From: an uncultured bacterium
GTDB taxonomy: Bacteria; Fidelibacterota; Marinisomatia; SCGC-AAA003-L08; TS1B11
Direction of reading: 5' to 3'
NCBI GenBank assembly: GCA_964621455.1
Contig: CAZULW010000005.1
Span: forward strand, 6,705-70,704
DNA length: 64,000 nucleotides
Both the position numbers and the translations under genes were made by a program. The notes under the pieces are model-generated. The model saw only the letters and a program-made list of their open reading frames with translations, was not told the DNA's origin and did no database searches. Below are positions 26,520-35,254 of this stretch, piece after piece (position 1 is the first letter of the stretch; the number at the start of each line of letters is the position of its first letter).

Positions 26520-26789
26520 CTAGCCAAGATAAATCTCCTTCTTATTATCCATAGGTGATAGCGATGGATATGAATCTTGGGAATGTTTGTATAAAGGTTC
26601 CGCCACTTGATCCTTATCCGTATCAAAAATGAGATTGCTCATGCGGACAGAGTGATCCTGGGCGGCAGCCCTTACCAGGATATTCAGCAGGAGGGCTGGC
26701 CCAATTCCTGAAGCAATGAGCTGCCGGGCTGCGGCCCTCAAAGAGGTTGGGAGCCCGATTAAAAGTTGACAATTATTGTTTGTCTTCAT
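26520..26789 (-). CDS. Hypothetical 89-aa protein (weak call)
   Basis: Open frame only. It lies co-directionally between the Cys/Met-rich ORF and cusC. No recognisable motifs. Confidence 0.25.
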   Translation of the reverse strand: MKTNNNCQLLIGLPTSLRAAARQLIASGIGPALLLNILVRAAAQDHSVRMSNLIFDTDKDQVAEPLYKHSQDSYPSLSPMDNKKEIYLG

Positions 26790-26880
26790 TATACCTCGTC
26801 ACTATTGAATCCAAATAATAAGCGTCAGTGCCTGACCAGATAGGTCAGCGCACATATGGATGCCAGGTGGCGGGATTATA

Positions 26881-27225
26881 CTAAATCAGAAGGGGAGTAG
26901 CAAGGGATGGAAGACGAAGGGGGTAAGCCTGGATCTGGATGGTTGGATGAACAAGTTGAAGGTCCAGGTGAATCGTCCGGATGGCTGCGAGCTGTGGCAA
27001 TGTAGCCGTGTCATCAAAGGCTTTGACCGGCACCGCCGGAATGAGATGGAAGGGCGCAGCCTTCATCATGGCGGGGCATTCGTCCATCATGCAGTCCATT
27101 TCACCGGCGGAGGCCTGTTCCATGAGGCAGCAATCCCCCATGCAAGTGCCCACTTGGGCGGGCAGGAAGGGAGCACCCAGGGAGGTGACCCAGATCACGA
27201 GGATAATCGAACTACGCACTTTCAT
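26881..27225 (-). CDS. Secreted Cys/Met-rich small protein (candidate periplasmic metal binder)
   Basis: Signal peptide MKVRSSIILVIWVTSLGAPFLPA, then CMGDCCLMEQASAGEMDCMMDECPAMM. Confidence 0.6.
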   Translation of the reverse strand: MKVRSSIILVIWVTSLGAPFLPAQVGTCMGDCCLMEQASAGEMDCMMDECPAMMKAAPFHLIPAVPVKAFDDTATLPQLAAIRTIHLDLQLVHPTIQIQAYPLRLPSLATPLLI

Positions 27226-27384
27226 AATCCAACAGCCAATCTATTGATACCTTTAAATCCTTGTCAATGCCATAAGTTCCCTGGCCTTTAGTTCCCGTCG
27301 GTTTACAGAGTGAATGTCAGCGGCAGAATGGAGAGGTATGGCCCGGGTCCAGGCCCAACCGTTTTTTCGGGATCATCCGCCGCG

Positions 27385-27498
27385 TCACCGTCGGGCGAGA
27401 GCCCGGCGCTCCCGCAGCCAGTTACGCAGCATATAGGTCAGCACCATCACCCAGACACTGATGACGCAGGCCAGCAGATAGCCGTGATATTTATACAT
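27385..27498 (-). CDS. ccmD: Heme exporter protein CcmD (37 aa, below the ORF-track cutoff)
   Basis: MYKYHGYLLACVISVWVMVLTYMLRNWLRERRALARR has a single TM helix and a basic tail. It overlaps the ccmC stop by 8 nt. Confidence 0.65.
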   Translation of the reverse strand: MYKYHGYLLACVISVWVMVLTYMLRNWLRERRALARR

Positions 27499-28180
27499 CG
27501 CTCGCCTCCTCGGTTTGGGTGTTGCGCCTGAACTCCAGTTCCGCCACGTGGTGTCGATACAGGACCATATAGATCAGCATGAGTGTGAAGCTGAACAGGG
27601 AGAAGAAGAATATCCTCAGGATGCTGGAGGGCTGCCGGGCCATCTCCATCTGGGGGTGGCTCTGCACTTCGGCGGCCCACCAGGTAACGGCCGTGAGAAT
27701 CAGGGGGATATCGATCACCGCCAGGATAGCGATCACCGCCGCGTAGCGCGAGGCCCGCTCATAAGGCCCGCCGAACGCCCGGACCATAAAATACCCCACG
27801 AAGATGAGGAACAGGACCAGCGTGGTGGTGAGACGCGGCTCCCAGCTCCAGGGTTTCCCCCACATAGGTGTGGCCCAGATCGGCCCGGTGACCAGGATCA
27901 GCAGCGCGAAGAGAGTGCCCACCTCGGCGCCGGCCAGGGACCAGATATCCCATCGGGATCGGCGCGTGACCAGGTAGGCGGCGCCGGCCAGGGCCGTCAG
28001 CAGGTACGCCAGGAAGGCGTTCCAGGCCAGGGGCACGTGGTAGTAAAAGATTTTCTGGGCCATCTCCTGTTCCGGAACCACGGGGGCCACCTTGTAGATA
28101 AGCCACAGGTTAACGATGGCGGTCACCAGGGTAACCGCTAACAGGATTTGGTTACGCACTATACTGTGGAAAGACTGCAT
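27491..28180 (-). CDS. ccmC: Heme exporter protein CcmC
   Basis: WGKPWSWEPRLT (WGxxWxWD-type Trp-rich motif). 6 TM helices. Operon context. Confidence 0.92.
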   Translation of the reverse strand: MQSFHSIVRNQILLAVTLVTAIVNLWLIYKVAPVVPEQEMAQKIFYYHVPLAWNAFLAYLLTALAGAAYLVTRRSRWDIWSLAGAEVGTLFALLILVTGPIWATPMWGKPWSWEPRLTTTLVLFLIFVGYFMVRAFGGPYERASRYAAVIAILAVIDIPLILTAVTWWAAEVQSHPQMEMARQPSSILRIFFFSLFSFTLMLIYMVLYRHHVAELEFRRNTQTEEASDV

Positions 28181-28849
28181 TTATTGCTCCGAAATATAAT
28201 CAAATATGAAGGTGCCCGCTAAGACGAACAGGGCAAAAAAGGTCACCAGGAGCAGGAGCCAGAAGTCCCATTCCCCGAAGGGCCGCCCGGCAAGTGCGGC
28301 GCTGGTGGCCCGGGTGGCGGCGATCAGCAGGGGGGCTAGCAGGGGAAACAGCAGGATGGGCAGCAGCGTTTCACCTGCCGGAGAGCGCAGGCTCATGCCG
28401 GCGATGAGGGTGCCGACGGCGGCGATAGCCAGGTCGGTGATGACGAGAATGAGGGCCAGGGAAGCGGGCGCCCTCAGCAGGGGCATTTCCAGGAATAGTC
28501 CGAACAGTGGCAGGCTCACCAGCTGGGCCGCCAGCAGAAAGACGAAGAACGCCGCCGCTTTGCCCAGGTAGATCGCGCTGCGGTCCACCGGCGCGGTGAG
28601 CAGCAGGGAATAGGCCTCCAGCTCCTTCTCCTGACCGAAGGACCGCAGCAGACCCAGCACCGCGGTGAAGAAGTAAGTCAGCCACATCAGGCCCGGGGTG
28701 AAAGCCCGGAACTGGGCGGTACCGGCGTCGAAGGCGAAGGAGAACAGCAGAATGACCGCCGCGGCGAAGACCACCATAGTCGACAGGCTCTCGCGGGTGC
28801 GCAGCTCCAGACGGAGATCTTTGACGAAGACGGTCCAGAAAGCCATCAC
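28181..28849 (-). CDS. ccmB: Heme exporter protein CcmB
   Basis: 222-aa polytopic membrane protein between ccmA and ccmC. It abuts ccmC with no gap. Confidence 0.9.
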   Translation of the reverse strand: MMAFWTVFVKDLRLELRTRESLSTMVVFAAAVILLFSFAFDAGTAQFRAFTPGLMWLTYFFTAVLGLLRSFGQEKELEAYSLLLTAPVDRSAIYLGKAAAFFVFLLAAQLVSLPLFGLFLEMPLLRAPASLALILVITDLAIAAVGTLIAGMSLRSPAGETLLPILLFPLLAPLLIAATRATSAALAGRPFGEWDFWLLLLVTFFALFVLAGTFIFDYISEQ

Positions 28850-29544
28850 GGAACCTCGCGGCCCAGGTGTGGGAGCAAGTCTCTTTCTCCGGGTGCTGCC
28901 ACGTCCCTGGCAATGATACCCCGGCTGAGGAGGAGCGCCCGGTCCGCCCGGGCCACTCCCCAGCCTAGGTCGTGGCTGGTGAAAAACACCGTCCGGCCCT
29001 GAGACCGCCAGCGCGCCATTGTCTCGCTGAGCAGCTCCGCGCCGTCCACATCCAAGGCCGTCGCGGGCTCGTCCAGCAGGGCCAGTCGCCAGGTAGCCAG
29101 CTCCAGGCGTATCAGTCCCAGACGCTGCAGCATCCCTTCGGAGTAGACCCGCACCGGCTCGCCTTCGCGACCCGCCAGCCCGTAGCGGTCCATGAGGGTT
29201 TGAAACGCCTTTTTGTCCCAGGCCTGCCCGCGCAGCCGGGTGCTGAGCATCAGGTTTTCCCGGGCGGTGAAGGCGGGGTAGAGATTGGGGTGGTGCCCCA
29301 GGTAGACCATGTCCCGCCGCCAGGCGCTGCCAGCAGTGAACAGGGGCCGCCCGTTCAGGCTGGCGGTTCCGTTTTCGGGGTGCATGATGCCGGCCAGGAT
29401 GCGCAGCAGGGTGGTCTTACCGCTGCCATTGCGGCCCGCAAGCAGGACCGCCTCCCCGGCGGCCAGGGAAAATGATACGTCCCGCAGCACCGGGCGCAGG
29501 TGGAAAGATTTGGAAATGTGTTCTGCGGTGAAAAGTTCAGCCAA
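28846..29544 (-). CDS. ccmA: Cytochrome c biogenesis ABC ATPase CcmA
   Basis: Walker A GRNGSGKT, ABC signature-like YSEGMLQRL and Walker B LALLDEP. It overlaps ccmB by 4 nt. Confidence 0.92.
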   Translation of the reverse strand: MAELFTAEHISKSFHLRPVLRDVSFSLAAGEAVLLAGRNGSGKTTLLRILAGIMHPENGTASLNGRPLFTAGSAWRRDMVYLGHHPNLYPAFTARENLMLSTRLRGQAWDKKAFQTLMDRYGLAGREGEPVRVYSEGMLQRLGLIRLELATWRLALLDEPATALDVDGAELLSETMARWRSQGRTVFFTSHDLGWGVARADRALLLSRGIIARDVAAPGERDLLPHLGREVP

Positions 29545-29556
29545 GGGAACAGACGG

Positions 29557-30042
29557 CTAATTCAGCAGTCCCCGGCCGCAGCTGGCACAGAATCGGTCGC
29601 CGGACTGCACCACCGCGCCGCAGCCGGGACAAGTATCCCCCACCGCCGTGCCGCAGCTGCTACAGAACCTGGTGCCGGGTCCGATGAGCGTTCCACAGTC
29701 GGGACAGACGAGCTCCTCAGCGGGTGCCGGTGCGGGGCCTACCGGCGGGACCTGCTCTATCAGCGCACCCTCCAGCTGACGCATGACCTGTGTCACCTCG
29801 GCTAGAAGATCGGCCTGGGTGCGATTGAAGTCCTGTTCATCTATCAGCCCCATCTCCCGCTCGAACTCCACCTCCCGGATCTGCTTGTACAGATTGACCT
29901 TGCGCAGTTCCAGGGCGGTGGCCCGGGTAGCCGCGTCCTCGCCCACCGTCGCCACCTTCTCAGACGCAAACGGTACCAGCACATAATAGGCTGGGCCGAT
30001 AGCGACCAGGATAAGAACAACCAGAGGCAGAAGCGTATCCAT
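29557..30042 (-). CDS. CcmI-N-terminal-like TM module fused to a double zinc ribbon
   Basis: The ATG at 30042 lies next to the ccmH stop. TM helix MDTLLPLVVLILVAIGPAYYVLVPF, then KVNLYKQIREVEFEREMGLIDEQDF (CcmI-like), then CPDCG...RFCSSCG and CPGCG...RFCASCG. Confidence 0.7.
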   Translation of the reverse strand: MDTLLPLVVLILVAIGPAYYVLVPFASEKVATVGEDAATRATALELRKVNLYKQIREVEFEREMGLIDEQDFNRTQADLLAEVTQVMRQLEGALIEQVPPVGPAPAPAEELVCPDCGTLIGPGTRFCSSCGTAVGDTCPGCGAVVQSGDRFCASCGRGLLN

Positions 30043-30043
30043 C

Positions 30044-30520
30044 TCAGATGTCCAGCTCCTGCATTTCCTTGTTGATCTTCTCCAGAAATTCGTTGTCATA
30101 GGGTTTGCGCGCGGCTGGAGCGGCCTGCGGGGCCGGCTGCCCCTTGATCCGGCTGATGAAATAGATCAACAGCAGTCCACCCACCAGGAGGATCAACGGC
30201 GGCATGATGTAGGCCAGCAGGTTGAAACCCCGGGCGCGGGGCCGGGCCAGGATTCGCTCGCCGTAAATGGCCACATACATATCCAGGATTTCCTCCTTGG
30301 TCCTACTTTCCGCCAGTAGCCGGGCAATCTGGGCCTTCACCTGCCGGGCGGCTTCCGAATCGTGGTCTCCGACGGGGCTTCCATAGCAGCAGGGGGCCAT
30401 GATCTCGTATCCCAGCTCGCGCTGCAGAGCTTCCTGGCCCTCTAGGACGGTCGGCTCTTCCTGGCAGACAGCTGCCGCTGCCGGCAAGATAAGCGATAAT
30501 ACCAGAACGATACGGATCAT
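30044..30520 (-). CDS. ccmH: CcmH/NrfF-family protein lacking the canonical CxxC (has a vicinal CC)
   Basis: The ATG at 30520 overlaps the ccmF TGA (ATGA). MAPCCYGSPVGDHDS...YVAIYGERILARP followed by a TM helix. Confidence 0.8.
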   Translation of the reverse strand: MIRIVLVLSLILPAAAAVCQEEPTVLEGQEALQRELGYEIMAPCCYGSPVGDHDSEAARQVKAQIARLLAESRTKEEILDMYVAIYGERILARPRARGFNLLAYIMPPLILLVGGLLLIYFISRIKGQPAPQAAPAARKPYDNEFLEKINKEMQELDI

Positions 30521-32490
30521 GCCAGTTTCTCCTTCAGCCGCCGGTCGGTGCGGCTGGGCCAGATGGCCACCAGGGTGCCGAGGACCGCAATAATGCTCCC
30601 CAGCCATACCATCTGCACCAGGGGATTGATCATGATTTTCAAGGCAACGCTCTGGTTCTCCGTGCTGATTCCGCCCACGATGGCGTACAGGTCCCGCAGG
30701 GGCCGGGAATGAATCGCCACCTCCGAGTGAGGCTGTTGGTTCTGATCGGTGTATATCCGCCGCTCGGGCCTGAGCACGGTCACCGGCCGGTCCCTGCGGC
30801 TTACCGAGAGCTGCGCAATCCAGGCGCTGTGGTTGGACCGTTCCGCCACGTAGTAGCGGTCCAGCGTGAACACATACCCTTTCAGCAAGACAGTTTCTCC
30901 GGGCTTGAGGGCCAGCTCCCGCTCCGTGGTGAAGGCCTTGCCGACAAAGCCGATGAACATAAATAGAACCCCAAGGTGGACGATGGCCCCGCCGTACCGG
31001 CTGCGGTTCTTATCCACCATGTTCCGCAAGGCCGTAAGGGGCGACTCACCGCCGATTCTGCGCCGGGCCCGGATGCCACGCACCGCTTCTATAATGATGC
31101 CCGCCAGCACAAAGGCGACCAGTGCGAAGGTTACCAGTGGATATACCTGCCGCAGACCGAGTAGCATGCCCGCAGCCGCTGCTATGATGGCCGCCGCCAC
31201 CGGCGGTGTGAAGTTCCGTCTCAGGGTCCTCCAGGAGGTGCGCCGCCAGGCCAGCAGGGGACCCACCCCGAGTATCACCAGCAGCAGCAGCCCCATGGGA
31301 ACGGTGGTGCGGTTAAAGTAGGGCGATCCCATGGTGATCTTGGTGCCCCGCACCGCTTCGGACAGAATGGGGAACATGGTGCCCCACAGCACCGCCAGGG
31401 CCAGGGCCACGAAGATCATATTGTTGAAGAGAAATCCGCTCTCGCGGCTGGCGAACGACTCCATGCGGTTCTGCGAAGTCAGTTCACTTCTGCGCAGGAT
31501 CACCAGGGTGACGCAGGTTAGAATGATGACCAGGACAAAGCCGAAGAACCAGATACCCAGTTCGCTGGCGGCGAAGGCGTGAACCGACGAGAGGATGCCG
31601 CTGCGCGTAAGGTACGTACCGAAGATGGTCAGAATGAACGTGGACATGATGAGGATCACGTTCCACAGGCGGAGCATGTTCTTCTTTTCCTGGATACGCA
31701 CCGAGTGGAGGTACGCGGTAGCGGTGAGCCAGGGCAGGAGGGAGGCGTTTTCCACCGGGTCCCAGGCCCAGTAGCCTCCCCAGCCCAGTTCCATGTAAGC
31801 CCACAGGCCGCCCAGGATGATGCCTATCCCCAGGAACATCCAGGGCAGAAGGGTCCAGCGGCGGGTGAAACGGACCCAGGTGGCATCCATGCGCCGGTTG
31901 ACCAGCGCGGCCACGGCAAACGCAAACGGCACTACAAAGCCCACGTATCCCAGATAGAGCACAGGCGGATGTATCAGCATTACCGGATGCTGCAACAGGG
32001 GGTTGAGACCCATGCCGCGGACGGAGACCTCGGCCCCCGGAGGCAAGGGAGTGAAGGGATTCTCGAAAAAATAGGTGACGATCAGGAAAAAGAGCATCAC
32101 CACCGCCAGCACCAGGTTCACCACCGGCATGAGGGACAAGTTACGGCGACGGTTGAGGTAGCCTACCAGGAGGACGTACACGCCCAGCACAGCAAGCCAG
32201 AACAGCAGGGAGCCCTCCATGCCCGCCCACAGACCGGCGAACTTGTAGATGGTAGGGGTAGCGGCGCTGCTGTAGCGGGCCACGTATTCCAGGCCGAAGT
32301 TGCTCGTCAGCAGCTGGTGGGTCAGAGCCAATGTGGCCGCCAGCACCAGCAGTGCCGAGACCCGGAGTCCCCGCTGGGCCCCGACGAAATACCGCCGGTC
32401 GCGGTTAGCCAGGTAGAGAAGGCTTAGAACCAGCGTCAGAGTGCAGAAGATCAGCGCCAGTTGCAGGCAGGTCGAGCCTAGGAGCACCAT
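30517..32490 (-). CDS. ccmF: Cytochrome c-type biogenesis protein CcmF (heme lyase component)
   Basis: 657 aa. WGGYWAWDPVEN Trp-rich motif. Many TM helices. Confidence 0.95.
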   Translation of the reverse strand: MVLLGSTCLQLALIFCTLTLVLSLLYLANRDRRYFVGAQRGLRVSALLVLAATLALTHQLLTSNFGLEYVARYSSAATPTIYKFAGLWAGMEGSLLFWLAVLGVYVLLVGYLNRRRNLSLMPVVNLVLAVVMLFFLIVTYFFENPFTPLPPGAEVSVRGMGLNPLLQHPVMLIHPPVLYLGYVGFVVPFAFAVAALVNRRMDATWVRFTRRWTLLPWMFLGIGIILGGLWAYMELGWGGYWAWDPVENASLLPWLTATAYLHSVRIQEKKNMLRLWNVILIMSTFILTIFGTYLTRSGILSSVHAFAASELGIWFFGFVLVIILTCVTLVILRRSELTSQNRMESFASRESGFLFNNMIFVALALAVLWGTMFPILSEAVRGTKITMGSPYFNRTTVPMGLLLLVILGVGPLLAWRRTSWRTLRRNFTPPVAAAIIAAAAGMLLGLRQVYPLVTFALVAFVLAGIIIEAVRGIRARRRIGGESPLTALRNMVDKNRSRYGGAIVHLGVLFMFIGFVGKAFTTERELALKPGETVLLKGYVFTLDRYYVAERSNHSAWIAQLSVSRRDRPVTVLRPERRIYTDQNQQPHSEVAIHSRPLRDLYAIVGGISTENQSVALKIMINPLVQMVWLGSIIAVLGTLVAIWPSRTDRRLKEKLA

Positions 32491-32499
32491 GGCAGAACT

Positions 32500-32760
32500 T
32501 TATCGTAGAGACCGCTGAGAGCGCAGAGAATGTTTTTCGTCAAGACAATAGAATCTTTTTCTTATCTGGGTCTGTATAATTCTCCGGGTTTTTCTTTTGA
32601 TCCAATCCCATCTCCGCGTACTATGCGATCCTTCGACTACGCTCAGGCTTCGTCGTGAACGTTCGGCTGAGCTCACGTCGAAGCCTCAGCCGAACGGACA
32701 AGCCTCTGTGGTTAGATCTCTTACCGCCTGAATCTATCCCTTCTACACGGCATATACAAC
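32500..32760. repeat. Repeat-laden spacer between ccmE and ccmF, with an 11-bp perfect hairpin
   Basis: gttcggctgag (32661-32671) pairs with ctcagccgaac (32685-32695). The ggctgagctcac block also occurs in attC-like site 2 (14007-14018). Confidence 0.6.
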
Positions 32761-32763
32761 GGT

Positions 32764-33150
32764 TCACTCGACCTCGTAGCGGGAGGCGCACTTGGTCATA
32801 AGGTTGTCCGCCGTGAAAACACCATTGCGGTACTCGCCCTCAATAATTACCTCGGCGCTGTCTTTGAACAGGTCCGGCGTCAGGCCGGAGTAGTGGACCG
32901 GCAGTCCTTTATCACCCTGGATCATAACAAAATCGACACTCAGCCGGTCAGCTGAGTGGACGATGGAGCCCGCTTCCACCAGCCCCCCCAGGCGTAAGCG
33001 GTGCTGTTCCCAGGTATCCTGATTCTCGTGCAATTCCGCAATACTCACGTAGGGCACCTCCTCCTCTTCGGTCCCGATAGTAAGCCAACCGAAGACGATC
33101 AGGGTGGCGGCTACGATGAGAATCACGAACTTGGTCCGTTTACTTTTCAT
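32764..33150 (-). CDS. ccmE: Heme chaperone CcmE, CxxxY-type
   Basis: N-terminal TM anchor and OB-fold-like core (LRLGGLVEAGSI...VHYSGLTPDLFKD). The C-terminus KCASRYE replaces the HxxxY motif. An alternative upstream ATG is at 33192. Confidence 0.9.
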   Translation of the reverse strand: MKSKRTKFVILIVAATLIVFGWLTIGTEEEEVPYVSIAELHENQDTWEQHRLRLGGLVEAGSIVHSADRLSVDFVMIQGDKGLPVHYSGLTPDLFKDSAEVIIEGEYRNGVFTADNLMTKCASRYEVE

Positions 33151-33271
33151 GGGATTAATCCTTATATCGATTTCCTTCGAGATGCCAGTCAAGGTCTTCC
33201 CTTAACGGGCCGATCCTGACACAAGGTTGGTAATTTACGTAGATATCCTTGATCCAACAGGAAATATCAGG

Positions 33272-35251
33272 TCAATTTACCTGTCCGGCGGCCAGACGGG
33301 TCTGCTCCTGGGATGGCAGATCTTCCAACGCCTGCCGGGCGAAGGGGGAGAGGTCGTCGTATACGATTTCGCCCTTACGGTAGCCTGCCAGCTCGCTCTC
33401 CAGCTCCTCGTAGTATCCGGCGTGCTTGTGGCGCCACTCCTCGACGCTCATCTTCCCGGTGACCATCACGCTGCTTCCCGGGTATTCCTCGGGATGGAAG
33501 ATAGTGAAGAAGAGATGCCAGACGACGATGGCCAGCGTGGCCAGCCAAGCTTCCCAGTAGTGCACGGCTTCGGATACCTTGATTAGCCAGACCGGGGTGG
33601 CCTCCCCGAGGATGGTCGGGAACCACAGAATGAAGCCCGTGAGACCCATGACGACCGCCCCCCAGGCCAGGGCCCAGTATTCGATCTTCTGGCCATAGTC
33701 GAACAGGCCGTACTTAACGTCGGGAGGACGCCCCTTCGCAGATGCGCGCATGTTGCGGGAAAAGTCCCTGACATCCCGCCTCAGGGGCAGCATCCGCAGC
33801 AGGTGCTGCCGTCCCCAGGGACTGGCAAGCGCGTAGACCAGGTGCCACGCCGCCACCGCCGCCATGGTCCCGGCCGCGATGCGGTGTATCAGACCGCGGG
33901 CGGTTTCCGTCAGTCCGAGGGAGCCGAGGACCCGCACCCAGCCCGCCTCGGGAAACTTGAGGGCGAACCCGGTGATCGCCAGGATAGTGAAGGAAACCAG
34001 CAGCAGTGTATGCTGCCAGACTTCCTGCACGGAAAAGCGGCGGATGGCCGGTGCAGCCGCTCCACCACCTTCAATGACCCTGGCCATTCCACGTTTGCGC
34101 TGCTTCAGGTAGCCGGTGAAAATGATGCCGTTATGGACCAACATGAAGCCGATGGTCCCGATAATGAGCACCACGTAGATGGTCTGCACGATATCCTCGA
34201 TCGGCGTCTCCCGGATGAGGAGCGAGGAGTGAGTGTAGGCCTGGGCGAACTGGGCGGTGGCGTTGGGATGGCACGTGGCGCAGGTACGTTGCAGGTTGGA
34301 GGGGTGAATGGTGGAGTTCTCGTGCTCCTGGCCGAGAATGGCGTGCACGCCGTGGCAGTCGAAGCAGCTGGCCGCGTCCTCATCACCCCGCAGGACAGCC
34401 AGGCCGTGGTAGCTGTCTCGGTAGGTGGCGGCCACGCCCTCCTGCAGTCCGTATTTCAGGGCCAGTTCATCGTCGGAATGGCACTTCAGACAGGTGTGGT
34501 CGGCCAGATCGCGCTTTTTGATAATGTCGTAGCGGCCGGTGGGGTCGCTGATGGCGTGTTCACCGTGGCAGGAGATGCAGGCCGGCGCGTCCCGAACACC
34601 CCGCTGGAGGGCCAGCCAGTGGTCGCTGCCATGGAATTCCTCGTACTCCTGCACGTGACAATTACCGCAGGTCTCCGCCACGTTCCAGTAATTGATGGTA
34701 GACCGTGAGTGCCGCTGGTTCTGGATGTCGTGGGTCCCGTGGCAGTTGTTGCAGGTAGCGGAGGCATAGCCTGACTCCTCGAGGACGCTGAAATGTATGC
34801 TCTGCTTGTAGCGGGTCACCGGGTTCAGAATGTCGATTTTGTGGCGCTCCACAAGTTCCGGATTGGCATGGCAGCGACCGCAGGTGCTGATCATATTGGC
34901 GGGATGCACTAGCGAGTTGCTGTCATCGGCGGACAGGATCTGGTGGTCGCCGTGGCAGTCGACGCAGGTGGCCACATCCAGCTGCTCCCCTGTCAGCAAC
35001 AGTCCATGTACACTGGCGGAGTGCTCGGCCCATTCATCCTCGTGGCAGCCGCCGCAGGCCTTCTCCTGGGAGAAGGGAGGCAGGGTTTCCTCCTCCACGT
35101 GCAGATCGAGGTCAACTTGCGTGTGGCAGGTTTCGCAGTCGAAGTCCTCGTGCACCGACACTTCGACGGAAACCTCGTGGCAGTCAAGACAAGGACTTTC
35201 TTGCGCCCATAAGGGAATAACCAGAAATAGTATACAAACCAGTTTCGTCAT
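33272..35251 (-). CDS. Fusion of an 11-heme cytochrome c with an FdnI/HydC-type diheme cytochrome b membrane domain (CbcL-like)
   Basis: Signal peptide and 11 CxxCH motifs in the first 340 aa. The TM domain then has RRFSVQEVWQHTLLLVSFTILAITG, IHRIAAG, EYWALAWG and HYWEAWLATLAIVVWH (b-heme His pattern). Confidence 0.9.
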   Translation of the reverse strand: MTKLVCILFLVIPLWAQESPCLDCHEVSVEVSVHEDFDCETCHTQVDLDLHVEEETLPPFSQEKACGGCHEDEWAEHSASVHGLLLTGEQLDVATCVDCHGDHQILSADDSNSLVHPANMISTCGRCHANPELVERHKIDILNPVTRYKQSIHFSVLEESGYASATCNNCHGTHDIQNQRHSRSTINYWNVAETCGNCHVQEYEEFHGSDHWLALQRGVRDAPACISCHGEHAISDPTGRYDIIKKRDLADHTCLKCHSDDELALKYGLQEGVAATYRDSYHGLAVLRGDEDAASCFDCHGVHAILGQEHENSTIHPSNLQRTCATCHPNATAQFAQAYTHSSLLIRETPIEDIVQTIYVVLIIGTIGFMLVHNGIIFTGYLKQRKRGMARVIEGGGAAAPAIRRFSVQEVWQHTLLLVSFTILAITGFALKFPEAGWVRVLGSLGLTETARGLIHRIAAGTMAAVAAWHLVYALASPWGRQHLLRMLPLRRDVRDFSRNMRASAKGRPPDVKYGLFDYGQKIEYWALAWGAVVMGLTGFILWFPTILGEATPVWLIKVSEAVHYWEAWLATLAIVVWHLFFTIFHPEEYPGSSVMVTGKMSVEEWRHKHAGYYEELESELAGYRKGEIVYDDLSPFARQALEDLPSQEQTRLAAGQVN

Positions 35252-35254
35252 ATT

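Noticed and set aside
27515-28141. Long antisense or out-of-frame ORFs inside GC-rich genes. Examples: 27515-28141, 31579-32427, 33803-34708, 36146-36847, 37169-37768, 38536-39438, 39617-40699, 48827-49720, 59968-60855, 62842-63669 and 63261-63998.
   Set aside because: They overlap strongly supported genes (ccmC, ccmF, multiheme cytochromes, the OMP, the T9SS protein, ilvD, ilvB, ilvN) and have Arg/Gly/Pro-rich low-complexity translations typical of shadow frames in GC-rich DNA.
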